DNA of 64,000 nt from the human T2T-CHM13v2.0 reference genome, Homo sapiens. The position numbers and the translations under genes were made by a program. The stretch lies in NCBI RefSeq assembly GCF_009914755.1, contig NC_060930.1; one strand, written 5' to 3'. This document shows, in pieces, positions 13,911-29,406 of the stretch (position 1 is its first letter; every line of letters starts with the position of its first letter). The notes under the pieces were generated by a model. That model searched no databases, was not told where the DNA came from, and saw only the letters and a program-made list of their open reading frames with translations.

Positions 13911-14446
13911 CAGCCATCCCATTACAGGGTATATACCCAAAGGACTATAAATCATGCTGCTATAAAGACACATGCACACGTATGTTTATTGCGACACTAT
14001 TCACAATAGCAAAGACTTGGAACCAACCCAAATGTCCAACAAAGATAGACTGGATTAAGAAAATGTGGCACATATACACCATGGAATACTATACAGCCAT
14101 AAAAAATGATGAGTTCATGTCCTTTGCATGGACATGGATGAAATTGGAAATCATCATTCTCAGTAAAGTATCGCAAGAACAAAAAAACAAACACCGCATA
14201 TTCTCACTCATAGGTGGGAATTGAACAATGAGAACACATGGACACAGGAAGGGGAACATCACACTCTGGGGACTGTTGTGGGGTGGGGGGAGGGGAGAGG
14301 GATAGTTTTAGGAGATATACCTAATGCTAAATGATGAGTTAATGGGTGCAGCACACCAGCATGGCACATGTATACACATGTAACTAACCTGCACATTGTA
14401 CACATGCACCCTAAAACTTAAAGTATAATAATAAAATAAAAATAAT
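13911..14446 (+). mobile_element. Young 5'-truncated L1PA (L1PA2-like): ORF2 C-terminus and 3' UTR
   Basis: ORF 13982-14224 is the L1 ORF2 C-terminus (KTWNQPKCP...FSLIGGN*); G-rich 3' UTR; GAG rather than Ta-type ACA; TSD aaagtatgaaagtcagcca. Confidence 0.95.
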
Positions 14447-14460
14447 AAAGTATGAAAGTC

Positions 14461-15140
<680 letters not shown>

Positions 15141-16004
15141 TGTTTGGATCAGCTTATTTTGTTTATACTAAAATTCTGAAGAGTAGGAGCAGGAATACCA
15201 TCCATGCTAGTTTCCAACTGGAGAATGATAACACTCTTGCCTTCTCTCTCAAATTAAACAAAATCACAGCCAATGAAATGAAGATACCTTCAGAAAGAAA
15301 AACCTTGACTTATTTAGGCAATAGATAACCATTTTTTTACTCGTTAAAATGCTTCAGTAAGTTAATTTTGCTTCTCATTACTTTGCCTAGCATTTGCTAG
15401 TGTAAATTCATTGTCTAGAACTCCCCCCAAAATCCACATTTACAAAAATATAAGAGGAAATATCCCCTTTCAATTAAGTATAAAAATAACCAAGGTAGTG
15501 CTATGAAACTAAAAGTATAAATTAGCATTATGTTTCCTCATTGGCTTTGTTGGATTAGTCCTAAATAACCCAAAAGGAAACATAAATTTCAATTTGTAGG
15601 GAGTTTTGTGATCTGATACTTTTAAGTGGGTGTTTAGCAAGTGGCAACAGAAGAAAGAGCACTAGACTGCAATTACTTACTGCAAATCAGAAGCTGCTGG
15701 AAACACTGCTTACTAATTGTATACCAAAGCACTTGAGTAAAAAAGTGTGGAAGGGCTATGAAAGCCCTGCTTCTCCTGTTACTTACTTCTGTAAACCAGG
15801 ACACAAGTTGAGTGAGCTGTGCATTTATTGGAGCTCTCTTATAGAGCACGCAGATCCTGCATGTTTGGAAGTTACAACATTGAGGACGTGAGAAGAAAGC
15901 AATGGGGGCTTTCTGTGTATGTGAGAATAAAGCAACGGGGGCTTGCTGTGTGATGATGCTAGTTTGTAACTACTATTATGATAACAATAACAATGATGAT
16001 AAGA

Positions 16005-16210
16005 GATAATAATAGCTTTTATTCATTGAGTAATTATTCTCTGTTGGGCTCTTTGCATCTACACGTTACCTCTTAGCATCACAACCCTCCTGGATAAGTT
16101 TTATTATCTCTATTTTACAGGCAAGAGAAGTATGCCACTGAAGAATGAAGTGACTTTTCCTTGTGTCAGCTAGCTAATAAGTAACAGAACTGAAATTCAA
16201 ACCCAGATCC
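16005..16210 (-). mobile_element. MIR
   Basis: ttattatctctattttacag...aactgaaattcaaacccag. Confidence 0.7.
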
Positions 16211-17841
16211 AAAGTCTCTCTCTTTGAACTAGTCAAGGATGGATAATTAATGTTTGACATTAAAACCATAGATGCTTCAAATCCATAATATTGATGATAA
16301 TATGACTTATGTGGCCCAAAAGATGCAGCCTCTGCATGCATGCCCTAAGTAAACCTGTTTTGCCAGCTTTTGTTCCGGATCTTGCGCCTTCACAGTTGCC
16401 CCTTTAAGCTTATCCCCACAGCTTATCATCATCATGCTGTGATCCCAGGACATTCAGAAGATGTGATAGAGTTTTCATGGGATAAACCTGTGAACCATTC
16501 CCTTTCAATATCTTCAGTGCCCCTTTCTGACTTATAGAATATGGAGTCAGTCTAAATTATTTAAATTTTCCCTTGAGGATTCTCTAGCCCTATCCTAGAT
16601 TTGCTCCTGGGTTGCCTTGGAGAATCAAATGAGTTCTTCCCTGAGGGGGAACTGGAAAAATCCTGGAGTTCCCCAGGACTTGAGGATTTCCTGGAGTGAC
16701 CTCCTTCTTGTGAGATCCTTCGGATCCATGGTCCCAGCTTTCAAGTATGTGGAGAAAAGAGCCTCAGTAGAGTTATCTCTGTCCAAAGCCACTTCATAAA
16801 ATACTTCCTTAGATATTTTAATGCTTGGCAGTCCCATCTGTAACATTACAGGGATTGGACAATTCCTCACATGGTTATGTTCTTTGGCCAGCACAGTATT
16901 AAAAAAACAAAACAAAACAAAAAACGCTCTATATTGTTTTTAGGAACAAAATGCTTGCTCTAGTTCTCCACGGTCTTCTCCAATATCTATTGTATCACAA
17001 CCAGCCAACTTCCCTGATTAACACTCCCTGCCTGACCCTTAAAGGTGTTTGTTTCTGAAGGTACTGGAAGTGATAATATTCTAAATTTCTTCCAGCTCTA
17101 CTATCCTCTGATTCTCTCCTTATTTTCAGTTTACAAAAAGGATTTGTACCTTTTTTTTCCTTTGGCCCCACACTTATGTCTTCCTTGCTTCCTTTCATTC
17201 TGCTTTTCTGACCTTCCCTTCAGTGCTCAGACATCAAGTGCTTCAACCCACTCTTAGCTGTCCAAGTTCTCTGCCATGGCCTCTTTCCCTGTCTCAGGAA
17301 TCCAGCCCTCAAAGTACTCCTCTTATACCCCTACTTTACTCTTAATAAATTTTCTATCTCTATGAAGAATCATGAAAGTAAGCTCTTTAAATTGATTCAT
17401 AATGAAAATAGATTATTCCTGGTATCTTCTATTTTACCATTAGGAACAAGGGTGGGACTGGGATGGAGAGGTGCTTAGGAGCTCCAATGAGTCTTTAATT
17501 GGTCAAGGCCAGGGTGGCGAGGATGAAAGGGTTGTGGAAGGGAAAGACCTAATCTGCTGATTTTTTCACACTTACCAAAGAAAGAGGAGAAAGGCTCCTC
17601 CAGGAGCCTCTTTACGTTTTTATGTTGAAAAGAGGAGCTGATCGCTGCCCCACTTAGAAATGTCTCACTACCTTCTCTGGAGAGGACAGCTTCTTTAAGG
17701 ATGGCTCTGCCCTCAGCCATACGTGATTTTTTAACTCAGTGTGTCTTCCTTGGCCTGGATGCAGAGGATGGAAGATGGCGTCCTTACTGCTTCACCTGTT
17801 TTACCACAATTTTGTTAAGTGGAGAAATTATGGGTAATTAA

Positions 17842-18367
<526 letters not shown>

Positions 18368-19227
18368 CACATATACTTTTTCTCTTGCCCAGCTGGTCTT
18401 AATTGTATATGGTTTAGATGTCTCTTAGGAATGCCTGGGTTTGTATGTTTGGTGTGGTAAAAAAAAAAAAATGCCATTTGTGTAACTGCTTACCAACTTA
18501 CCAAGTTATGATGAATAAAGTAATTATGTCAAAATGTTTAGGTTTACATTGTCTGGAGCTTATAATTTTATAATTGCTGCTAACAGCTAGTTTTTCTTTT
18601 ATGTTTTCACATCATTTTCTGTCCTCATGGAAAGTCTTAACCTGTGAGAAAGCCATCGGTATCTTCATTTTAGTAATAATGAAACTGAGACTTAGCTTAC
18701 CAACCCACATGGTCAATATCAACACACAGGTCTTTTGATTTCAAAACCTACAAGAAAACTCTGTTCATGTATGTATAATCATTACCTATTATGCACATGG
18801 CATGATCACCTGGTCTCTATAAAGCAAAAACAAAAAGCCCGACATGATTCTCTTAGCCTTCCAATTCCGAATGAGTATGGGTTCCACCATCCATAGTCAC
18901 CAAGGTCCTTATTCATTCAAGATCCTTCCTTAGTCAGATCCTGAGGCTTTTGTGTGCACTGGCAGCAATGGCATCCCACGCTTCCCTGACACTGGAGGAT
19001 ACCTACAGAAAAGATCCTAGCTGCTTGCCAATTTTAAGGCACATCCATGTAGTAGAGTGAGAGCCTACACCGACAAAGTATTGTGGTTTCTTCCCAAGAA
19101 ACTATTTCTTAACTATTTTGCCTGGAAATCTCCATCCACAGAGGCAGACAGTAAAAGTTTCCAAAAATCTTTCATCAGTGTCTTTGAGATAGACTTGCCT
19201 CTGCCACCTGGGCATTAGTATCAGGCC

Positions 19228-19325
19228 TTGATATTGATTATTACACATTGTATACATGTATCAAAATATCACACTGTATCTCCAAAATAGGTACAATGGT
19301 CTGTCAATCAAAAATTATAATGCAA
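19228..19325 (+). mobile_element. L1MA-like 3' terminal fragment
   Basis: attacacattgtatacatgtatcaaaatatcacactgta. Confidence 0.65.
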
Positions 19326-19517
19326 GAAAAAGTGTTGTTTTCATGCACTTGGAATGGGCCTTTGCATATGTTATCTGTGTAATGCTATGCATTGTCATTT
19401 GGAAAGTTTTAGTTCACTAGTTATGAAAACCTTCCAAATATTGACATATTAATTTATGAAATAACAAAATGTTACATTTGTTAATATGAATTAATAATGC
19501 TGGCATATGATAAAGAA

Positions 19518-19597
19518 TGTGTGTGTATGCATTTGTGTCTGTGTGTGTGTATGTGTGTATTTCTGTGTGTGTGTATGCGTGTGTGTCTGTCTGTGTA
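19518..19597 (+). repeat. Imperfect (TG)n microsatellite
   Basis: Direct inspection. Confidence 0.9.
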
Positions 19598-20089
19598 TTT
19601 CTGAGGCCCCTAGGCATTGCTCCATCTCTCCTCTATATAATTCTTAAGAAACATTCCACTGGGCTGCATTTCTTGGCCTACACCATTGTCCCTCCCTCTA
19701 TATTGTTTGTTTGTACTTCAGGCCAAAAACAAAACAAGCACAAATAAGCACACTGAACAAGAAAGAGAAAAGGGCCCTTAAAATGAGATGAAGAGAGAGG
19801 GTGTAGGGCTATGTGTTGTGCAGAATGATTGAATGAATCCAGGCAAACTCTGATTTGGTTTGTAAGTTCTATTTTATCTATTTTAGTAACCTGTATTGAA
19901 AGCCTGGACCCAAAGAGCTGAGGTCCTAATTCAATGGTTTCTGTCTGTGATACAAAAAGTTTCTGGCTACTCACTAAGAGGTTTGCTTAGAGTAAATCCC
20001 TCAGTCAAGAGAAACATATTGTTTTGAATTGAAGCTCAGTTTTTAGTTAACAAAATTATATGCATTCCAACATACACTGGTTTTGTTCC

Positions 20090-21560
20090 TTTTCTTTTGA
20101 GCTGGATATACATGCATATAATACAAAATCAAAAGATATATGGTGGTTAACAGTGAGAATTCTTCCATCCCGTTCCTGGCCCCCTGACAACCAATTTCTT
20201 ACTCCAGAGTCAACTACTATCCTTGCATTTTTTATATCCTTCAGAGATGTTGTATGCATTATCACTATGGATGTAAGTTTTTGTTTTTTTCATAAATGTT
20301 ATCATATCATACACACTGTATATTATGCCTTAGCAGTTTATACAATACTGCCTTACTCATTTTCATAGTATACAGAATTCCATCAAATGGATGTGAACTA
20401 ATTTATTTAACTGCCTTCAATTATTTCTAATATTGTCTATCATATTTCAAGGAAAATGCTTATATGAATGTCATTTTACTTGTATGTTAGTATATCAAGA
20501 GGATAACTTCCTAGAAATGTATCTTGGGCTCCTCTAAGAAAATACCATTGCTGAGTGGCTTAAACAATAGACATTTATTTCTCACAGTTCTAGAGCAGGA
20601 AAGTCCTAGATCAAGATGCCAACAGATTCAATTCTTAGTGAGGGTCCTCTTCTTAGCTTGCAGATAGTTGCCACCTAGCCGCGTGATCATGTGACCTCTT
20701 CTTTGTGCATGTTTAGAGAGAGAGCTGTGGTATCTCTTCTTTTTCAAGGATGTTGACCCCCTTATGGGGCTTCATCTTCATGACCTCATCGAAACCTGAT
20801 TTACCTCCCAAATGTCTCACCTCCTAATAATATCACATTGGGGATTAGAGCTTCAACATATGAACTTTAATATGTTGAAAATTCAGCTCATAACATGACT
20901 GGGTCAAACTGTGTAAAATTTTGGCAGATTTGCTATTGCTTCACATAGGGTCCTACCCGTTTCCAATATAAGAAAGAGTAAGACTTTGAACCTTGCCAAC
21001 AAACTGTATTATCAAATTTTGTGATGTTCCCTCGAGCTGATAGGTCAAAATGATAGCTCAGTATAGTTTCAATTTACATTTCTTTTGTTAATATATGAGG
21101 CTGATGAACATTTCATATGTTCATCATTTAGCACTTTAGCACTATTAGCACTTTATTTTTCTAAGAAGTAGGTATTCACAGTCTACCCACTTTTCTGTTG
21201 GATTGATGATCCTTTTCTTATGTGTATGTGAAAATTGTCCTTTTTCTTTGATATAAGCTGTAAATACTTTTGCCAGTTTGTCTTGTGTCTTGACTTTTGT
21301 TAAGGGTGTTTTTATTTTTCATAATAACTTTTTAAAAATTTGTCTTCTATTGCATCTGTAAGATGAAATTATAAATTACTTCACTGCCCATCTTTAGTTT
21401 GAGAATCTTTATGGGTTGTTTTTTTTTTTTTTTTTTTTACTTTTAAGTCTTTGATACATCTGGGACTACTGTGGTACAGGTTATGAGATAAGAATCCAAT
21501 ATCTTTGTTTGATTTTATTGTTTTGTTCCTTCTTTTAATGTTACTCAGGTGTTCTGTATC
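20090..21560 (-). mobile_element. Old L1ME-like fragment interrupted by an MLT1 LTR
   Basis: T-rich antisense L1M motifs on both sides of the LTR. Confidence 0.6.
20518..20895 (-). mobile_element. MLT1A/MST-like solo LTR
   Basis: gtggcttaaacaatagacatttatttctcacagttct...cttcaacatatgaa...taaca. Confidence 0.8.
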
Positions 21561-22059
21561 TGTTTATTTCTTCAGAAAAAAATAGGTTAATCTATCAAAT
21601 AAGGGAACATATCTCAAAAAGTCATAAAAGGGCTAAATTATATGATTCTATATGATTATCTACTGATTTTTGTCACTGTAAACATAATCTGGATAATTCA
21701 GATTTAGAATGTGTGTGTGTAAGTAAATATATTTTAGGACAGTTCTTAATTTATCAGTTAATTGTGTAACTCTTGTATTTAATTTACAGAATCTATAAAT
21801 TACATTTATATAGTGAAGATGAGTTACCTTGAGCAGCCAGAAGTAGCATCAATACCAAGATCCTCCAAGGCTGTATATGAAGCGTTACTGAATACTTAAG
21901 CCAATATTGATTGCTCTCTGCTCTGTTTCCACTGACATTGATTGTCTGGACCATATATTTGAGTGGAAAATCATCTTTCTTAGGATGTTATGTCTATTGT
22001 ATATGTCTTATCTACCTTCCCCAGAAAAGCTGTGAACTCCTTAGCAGAGAGATCATGAC

Positions 22060-22260
22060 CTATACTTCTATTTAATCTGTTCAGCAAATATTGAGTGTCT
22101 ACCATGCTCCAAACACTATCCTGAGGACAAGAGAGACAAAGAGAACCGTAGGCCCTGCCTTCAAGGAGCACATGGCTAGTGGAAACAGACAGTAAGTCGA
22201 CAATGACAATACATGTGACCATATTTACAGTGCTCCAAGAAGTTCAGAAAAAAGCCATCT
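22060..22260 (-). mobile_element. L2 3' fragment
   Basis: ttcagcaaatattgagtgtctaccatg...ccctgccttcaaggagc. Confidence 0.65.
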
Positions 22261-22483
22261 GATTTGGACTGGGAAGAACATTATGGGGATTTAAGGAGAT
22301 AAAAAGTGAAAGCATACTTGAAGTGCTAGGCAAATGATGGATGTAAAGTAAGTTTAGGAAAGTCCTGAGTCACATTTTACTTCTGTTTATATTATAAGCA
22401 TTGTGTCTCAAACTGTAGAATGATGTTTCATTTATTTGGCTTTTTCTAGGAAAAAGAAATGAAATATTTTTCCTAAGAAGTGA

Positions 22484-22901
<418 letters not shown>

Positions 22902-22906
<5 letters not shown>

Positions 22907-25900
22907 TTGAAGTTTCAGAAATAGCATTCAGAACATCTTCTTTTGTACAACACAGCAACTTCAGGGGCTCTTCAAGATTTCCCAGGTTACTAGGTTCTTA
23001 AGGTTCACTCTTTTAAGAGAGTTTCTTTCTTTCCCATTGTCTAAGTCTAGACTAAGATCCAAGTTTACTTCCAGCATTTCTTTATCTTTATCCTTCTTCA
23101 TTTGCAGCTTCTTCTTGTTTATGCTTTGGGAAACCAGATGAAGAAACTGGTCCAAATTACAGTATACCTAAAAGGAGAATTTACAGGGTCTCTGTGGCAG
23201 AATGGAGTTCCCGCTTGTAAATAAATATAAAAGTTTTAGTGCAAAAAGATATGCAATCAATTTTTACTGTCATCATATCTGTTAAAATTATTGTTGATTT
23301 CTCTCAGCAATGTTCAATACAGTTGAGGTTTCTGGATAAGTTATCTAAGTATATACGGAGTATGGTCATACATTAAAAAAATACAAAAGGTTTCAGACAG
23401 CATTTAATGTCATTCTTCAAATTCTTATTAAAATTGCATCGTATTTATCTATAGACAATAATTATCCACCTAACTTGTTTGAATGTTCTATAATAATGCA
23501 AAATGTCTATGATTGCAAGAAAAGTGAGTTTTTAAAATTTTTGGTCTTTTGGTGTGTTTTTTTCTCATTGTAACTGAATTGCCCAAAAATATAAGCTTGG
23601 TAAAAGCTTATTACCTCAAGAAATATTTCATGTCAAAACAGAGCACATGTTAAAGTAAAAACAATTCTTTAGAGTGAGAAAAACATTATAGCTATAAAAA
23701 TAATTAAAGAGTTTTGACTATTAAAAATGTAACCTTAAGTCATTAAATGTTCATTACTCATTCAAAGTTCTTGCAGTTGGGAATTTACTGATGGCCTATT
23801 TGCAGTTAATTTTGAGGTTTAAAGTAAATGAACTTACCAGATATAACCCTTTGGAGTCCTGGTTAGAAAACAAAAACCATGCAGCTACTCCCATAGCTCT
23901 ACAAACCTGTGGTGCTTTCAAGCGTCAATGGCGGAACAGAATGAGTAAGAGCAGAGACAAGGGGGCAGTGACTAAGGGACTTTAAGTCATGAGTCTAATT
24001 CCCCTGGGACATAGCTAGCCTTCACACAGAAAAAACAAAACAGAAAATCTCCACCAAAAAGAAGCATTCTTCGATCTCAAGCAACATCCCTAACTCATCC
24101 AAAGTGGTCATTTGTCCAAGGGGGACTAGATGAGACAGCATCAACCCAGAAAAATTAAGGAGCATCTGGCAGATGGGGAATCCCAAACGGCAGCCTCGCT
24201 AACAGAGTAAAACACATTTGTGAGAGACCCACAATGGAACATTTCAGTCCCTTTAGAAAGTTTCAGAGGTGGCAGACTTTGTAGTAGCTGAGAATTTGTG
24301 TTTAACTAAAAATTGGAAGATTATATATACTTATACCCACAAAGTATTAGGCAAATGGTAAAAGTTTTAAAATTATTGATACTGTGGTAAAATTTACATA
24401 CCTGAAATGCATTACAATTCAGTGACATTGCATGCAGTTTTAAAATAACTTAGCTATATTTAGTTTTTCTAGTTGAAAACAAGCGTTTTTTTTTTTTCAA
24501 CCTCAGTGCAACAGGAAAGTGAAAAACAAAACAAAAACCCATAGTAAGTTGACAGTAATCTGATTGGGTAACTGATTTTTCTTCTGTTTCGAGAGTTATT
24601 TAGTTATTTAAGAGTTACTTAAAGAGTACAAGATTGAATTTGTAACTTGAATTTCCAGATTTAGCTAGAGTGGCTTACAAAAGCATGAAAATGGCCAGGC
24701 GCGGTTGCTTACGTCTATAATTCCAGCACTTTGGGAGCTGAGGTGGGTGGATCACTTGAGACCAGGAGTTGGAGACCAGCCTGGCTAACATGGTGAAACC
24801 CCGTCTCTACTAAAAATATAAAAATTAGCTGGGTATGATGGCGGATGCTCTAGTCCTAGCTACTCAGGAGGCTGAGGCAAGAGAATCGCCTGAACCCAGA
24901 AGCCAGAGGTTGCAGTGAGCCGTGATCCCGTCTCCAAAAAAACAAAAAAGGAAAGAAAAAGAAAACATGCTGTTTCCACAGAATTAATTTGTTACAATCA
25001 AACATAGTTGCTGTCCTATGTTTATTAATATAATTTCATCATCATCATATTTTCAAGTTACTCTTCCTAAATTTTTTTTACCTGCTTCTGAATCTCTGTT
25101 CTTTGGTTCCCACTCTTCTCTTTGCCTCATCTCCCTCACTGAATTGTGTGTTTCATGAAAGGAAAGTTTGTTTCCTATTTAGGGTTGTGGACAGAGGATT
25201 GGTAAAATTTCTTGACACCTACTATTGAATCAAGTTTACTTAATGTAAAACATTGGTGTTCCCAGTTATTTGTAAATCTACAAAAGATTTACAGTAGAAG
25301 AGGCAAAGCCTGTGAAGTGTCAACATAAAGGCTGCTGCTGCTGTCAACATCTGTTCCCCCAACTGCATACAGAACTCTAATGGGGCAGCCCATGCCTCCT
25401 GAAATCTGTTACCAAGAAAAAAAAAAAAAAGCCTAATAGTACAATACTTTTTATTTCTTAAGCCACAACAATAGTGAAACTGTATGTGTTCTTTTGCAGT
25501 TTTTTTTCCATTCTTCATAGGAAAGATGCTAAAGTATAATTTCATTTAGAATACCATATATAAATTATATATAGATGTCCTTTAAGAATTATAAAAATAA
25601 TGAAAATTATATTTATCCTTTATGTCTTATGTTTTCCTTAATATTTCCTAAAGAATTGTTATATATCAGAAAACAATTCAAAATATTCAGAATTATTAGC
25701 CTCTTAACCACTGTGTTTATTAGCTTAAACTAGTAATAGAGAGCAAACTGGCTTTTCTTCTTAGCATAGGTTTTTGGAAACTTGAACTCAAAAATCAGTA
25801 AATTCAAAAGGAGTTATAGTTTCAGAGTATTTGGCATAATATATTTGAAAAGAATATTCCCTTCACTTATCTTTGTTTGCATTAGACTTGTGTTAATTAT

Positions 25901-26170
25901 GTGATTCCTCTCCATAGCCTCAATAATAAAGAGATCTCAAGTTGGAATGTATAGTTCTATTTTTCATAAGTATCATTTAAAAACCGATTTATAAACCCTA
26001 TGACTTATGAAATATTTGTGAACAAAACACCCAATGCCACTGGAATAATTCAAATGAAAGAGGGTCTTACATTGAGCAATTTGTCAGTTTAATACCTGCC
26101 CTTTACAATTGCTCTGCGGTTGACCCTTTAGTCGTATTTTGAGTTAGCAGATGAAAATAAGGTTTCCCTT
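22902..26170 (-). pseudogene. Candidate antisense spliced unit (unit A): exon-like segments ~26170-26096, 25405-25240, 24305(or 23858)-23838, 23167-~22900; decayed gene or lncRNA with a residual 87-aa ORF
   Basis: Donors CAG|gtatta and CTG|gtaagt; acceptors T-run+cttggtaacag, tcttccaatttttag, ttctccttttag; AATAAA at 22907-22902 shortly after the stop at 22961. Confidence 0.5.
24693..24965 (+). mobile_element. AluS with right-arm deletion
   Basis: gagccgtgatc joined to ccgtctccaaaa. Confidence 0.9.
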
Positions 26171-26179
26171 GAAGTAGTG

Positions 26180-26207
26180 GTTGCTAAGGGCAACTGGTAC
26201 TGACGCC
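26180..26207. promoter_or_regulatory. RFX X-box (GTTGCTAAGGGCAAC) plus adjacent CRE half-site (TGACG)
   Basis: Matches the GTNRCN-N(0-3)-RGYAAC X-box pattern at 26180-26194; TGACGCC at 26201; small local cluster of CpGs. Confidence 0.55.
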
Positions 26208-27459
26208 GAAGACGAATACTCTATCTCCTTAGTATAATGCCTACTTTGTGAGCTAAATAAAGAGCTAAATTGTAGAGAAGAAAGTTGTACAAATGTGAAA
26301 TATCAAGAAAGGAATAGAAACAGGAATATTAGAGATGGGAAAATAAGAAAAAGAATTACTATAATCAGTTTTTTGGTAACTGCCTGGCATTTTGGACAGA
26401 TGTCCTTATCTCCTGGGCACTCTGCATTTCCACCTTTCATAGCTGGAAAATTAACATTGTTCACTGGGGCAAGACTTTCTTTTGTAATATGAATTCATGT
26501 CATTAGTTCTTAGTGGATTTTGACAAAATGGAGGTGAGACTGTGATAGAAATATTTGTCAACTTTTTAGGCTTGGATTTTCAAGCATAAATATTTTGTGT
26601 CAGTAGAATTGCTTTATGCTATTTGGACAACTTGTAGTGTGCAGGGTCAGTTATCTCTAACTCCATGTCAGTACAGATTGTTTTATGAACATGTTGGTTT
26701 AATGAGAGAGTCTTCATATAGAATGTGTTATAACAGTGTTCATAATTTCTTCGACCAAATTGCACTTAATGTATTCATTGCTGTGATTTCAGAAAGGTTT
26801 TTAAAAACTTCATTGTATCCTAGGCAATGCTGTTTCTAAAGGGTGAGTTCATTACTCCTTTATGAGCATCTGCTCGATGCCAGGTGTTTTGCCTGTCTAC
26901 AAGAAGCCCACAGACTGGGAAGATGGACATAAAATCAAGTAATTACAGATGAGTACACTGTAAGCTATAATCAAGGCATAAATTTGATGCTATAGGAGCA
27001 CAGAGTGAGAAACATTCACTGAGTAAGTCACATTTAGCTTGCAGGATGGTTTGGAGTTTGCAGGTTGTGCGAGAAACATCTGCCTGCAGCAGCATTCCTT
27101 CCATGATTATCAAGGTTCATGCAACTGATCTGTTTCATTGCATGTATTTGAATGTCTCTTTCCTTCCTCTACACTTCTAGAATTAATTTGTTGGTTAAGG
27201 AAGATAACTCAGCTAGAGGAATCAGTGGGTTTTTTAATATGAGACTCTGCAAATACATTTCTTGTAAGTGTGAACATTTTGAAATTTTCTAAGGTGATGA
27301 AGAACAAAATGAAACTCTGTAGGCACAGCTAGGAATGGGCTCTGCAGGAAAAGTGTCAACTTTATGTTCCAGATTTCTCAGGACAGTCTAGACTCCAAGT
27401 GAGTCCTTTTACCCTGGTAGAAGTTTGCTTATCAGACCTTATGTACTGATGCTCTTGAT

Positions 27460-28125
27460 CATAGAAATATGGTCAATGTAGCAAAGAGACAAAGTAATGA
27501 AGGAGGGCTAGTGAGGCCCTGCTGTAATATGGTGTAGGATTTATGAGACTGGAAAAGTATGTAAAGACATACTGTAGAAGGTTTTGTATGCAACACCAAG
27601 AAATTTGGACTTTGTCCTCCAGGCAAAGGAGCCATCACATTTTTCAAAAAGGAATGAGGAGGTGGAATTATTTTTATAATTTATTTTCTGTAAATTGTTG
27701 GGAAATGGATTATTTTTTAAAAAGAATATTTCTAATAGCAATATAGAGAATGGATTGGGCTTAAGTTTTCAGGAAAAAGACTAACTTTGAAGTATAGATT
27801 TATGTGTTACTAACTTATAGATAATAATTAAAGCCATAGGAAATGGGTGGGAGAACCCAAAGGAAGCATGTGGAATAAGAAGACAAGCAGGAAGAAGGAA
27901 GGAATCATTAAAAGCATATATGAATATGAAAAAGAGGAGAAACGTGCACACGAGACTTGGAAGGAGTGTTTAGAGAGTTAGAAGAGAATCAGGAGAGTGT
28001 GTTTGGGAGCAAGATGTGGAGAGATTTTAAGAGAGAAGAGTTGATAAGGAGTGCCAAATCCTGTTAGGGCTGTAGGATGAGACTTGAAAAAGTGGATTTG
28101 GCAATTAGGCCATTTGAACCTTAGC
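27460..28125 (-). mobile_element. L2 fragments
   Basis: Purine-rich antisense L2 motifs (aatttggactttgtcct, tggatttggcaattagg). Confidence 0.55.
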
Positions 28126-29164
28126 GCTGGTAGGTTCACTTCATAAGGTCTTCTTTGTTAGAAAACAAAACATAACAAAGCTGTTAGTGATGGGATTCAG
28201 GATTCTTTAGCAGGGCAAGGGAGTAAAAGTTTTTCTCTGGAGGAAAAAAAGGGTAAGATTGCAGGAAAATGAAATAAATGTTAGGGCCCAGTAAAGGAAG
28301 CCCTAATCATAGAATTGTAGGACTAGCTATTACTGGTTGTTTAAATTGTACCACCATAGGTCAAAACTCCACCTAAAACTATTCCGGAGAGGTGAATATT
28401 GTAATTGCTTATACAGAATCCTAATTATGAGCTAATAAGAAGAGGCATTAAAACTAGCACCCCACTGATTTAATTTGGAGAGAGACACTTATATTAGCTG
28501 TTTCTAAGACTTATCTTTTAATTCTTCCCAAAACCAGTTATTTCACAGTTGGCTCACAGTTTTGAAAGTAGAACTGCTAGAGTAAAGAAAGAAATTTACA
28601 GCTTCAGATGTTTAGTTTCTGAAGGTGTCAGAATCCCATATTTCTCTTTTATTTATTTTTCACTGAATTTTGGAGAACACTGATTAACTTAAAGTTTTAG
28701 ATTTAATTTTTTCCTATGGGCCATTACACATGAATGCCAGCTGTCTTCTGTCAAGTAAAAACTAGGACAGTCCCATTCCAGCCCACCCTGTTTTAAGCTA
28801 CAGGGTCACTGAGAATGTAGTAAGAAATTATACATTTTTTGATCATGTAAAATATGGATCCTTTTTTTTCTAGTAATTACTCTCTTCCATATTTCACAAT
28901 TTATCATTTCTGTGAGGAATAGCAGCACAAGAAATATACAACATCTGTGACCCTTAGAAGGGGCCCTCAGAGAGGCCTTGCATAAAGTTGTGCCCCCCTG
29001 TGGCTGGGCAGGAAGACTTGGTCTGCAGATAAACTAGCTAGATAATGGATGGTTTCTGTTATTTTGGTCTGAAGGCTTGATATGTAAGAGATGCATCCTT
29101 ACTTTGTGCCTGTCCTTTCTTCTCATGGATTGAGAGATGCAGAGGGGTTATGTGACAGAGTTAG

Positions 29165-29350
29165 GAGAAAAAACATTGGCCTGGGTAGGAGTTCTGGCCT
29201 CTAGTGTTGACCTGGGCCCATATAAACTCTATAGCTGATGGTGGGCAAGTCAATGAAGCTCACTGAGCCAGAATTTCCTCATCTATAAGATAAAGGTGGT
29301 TGTGCCACCCTGACTACTTCATAGAATGGCAGTGAGGACCCAAGGTAAGA
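29165..29350 (+). mobile_element. MIR
   Basis: ctcactgagccagaatttcctcatctataa. Confidence 0.65.
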
Positions 29351-29406
29351 ATACCTGGACAGACTACCTCAAGAAATGTGTTATTGTCACGATACTGGAA
29401 CTACAC

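Noticed and set aside
13982-14224. 80-aa ORF as a host gene
   Set aside because: It is the C-terminus of L1 ORF2 in a truncated element
20852-21126. 10-bp inverted repeats (also 56318-56344 and the palindrome at 44105-44120)
   Set aside because: Short, AT-rich and mostly inside repeats; no functional claim can be supported
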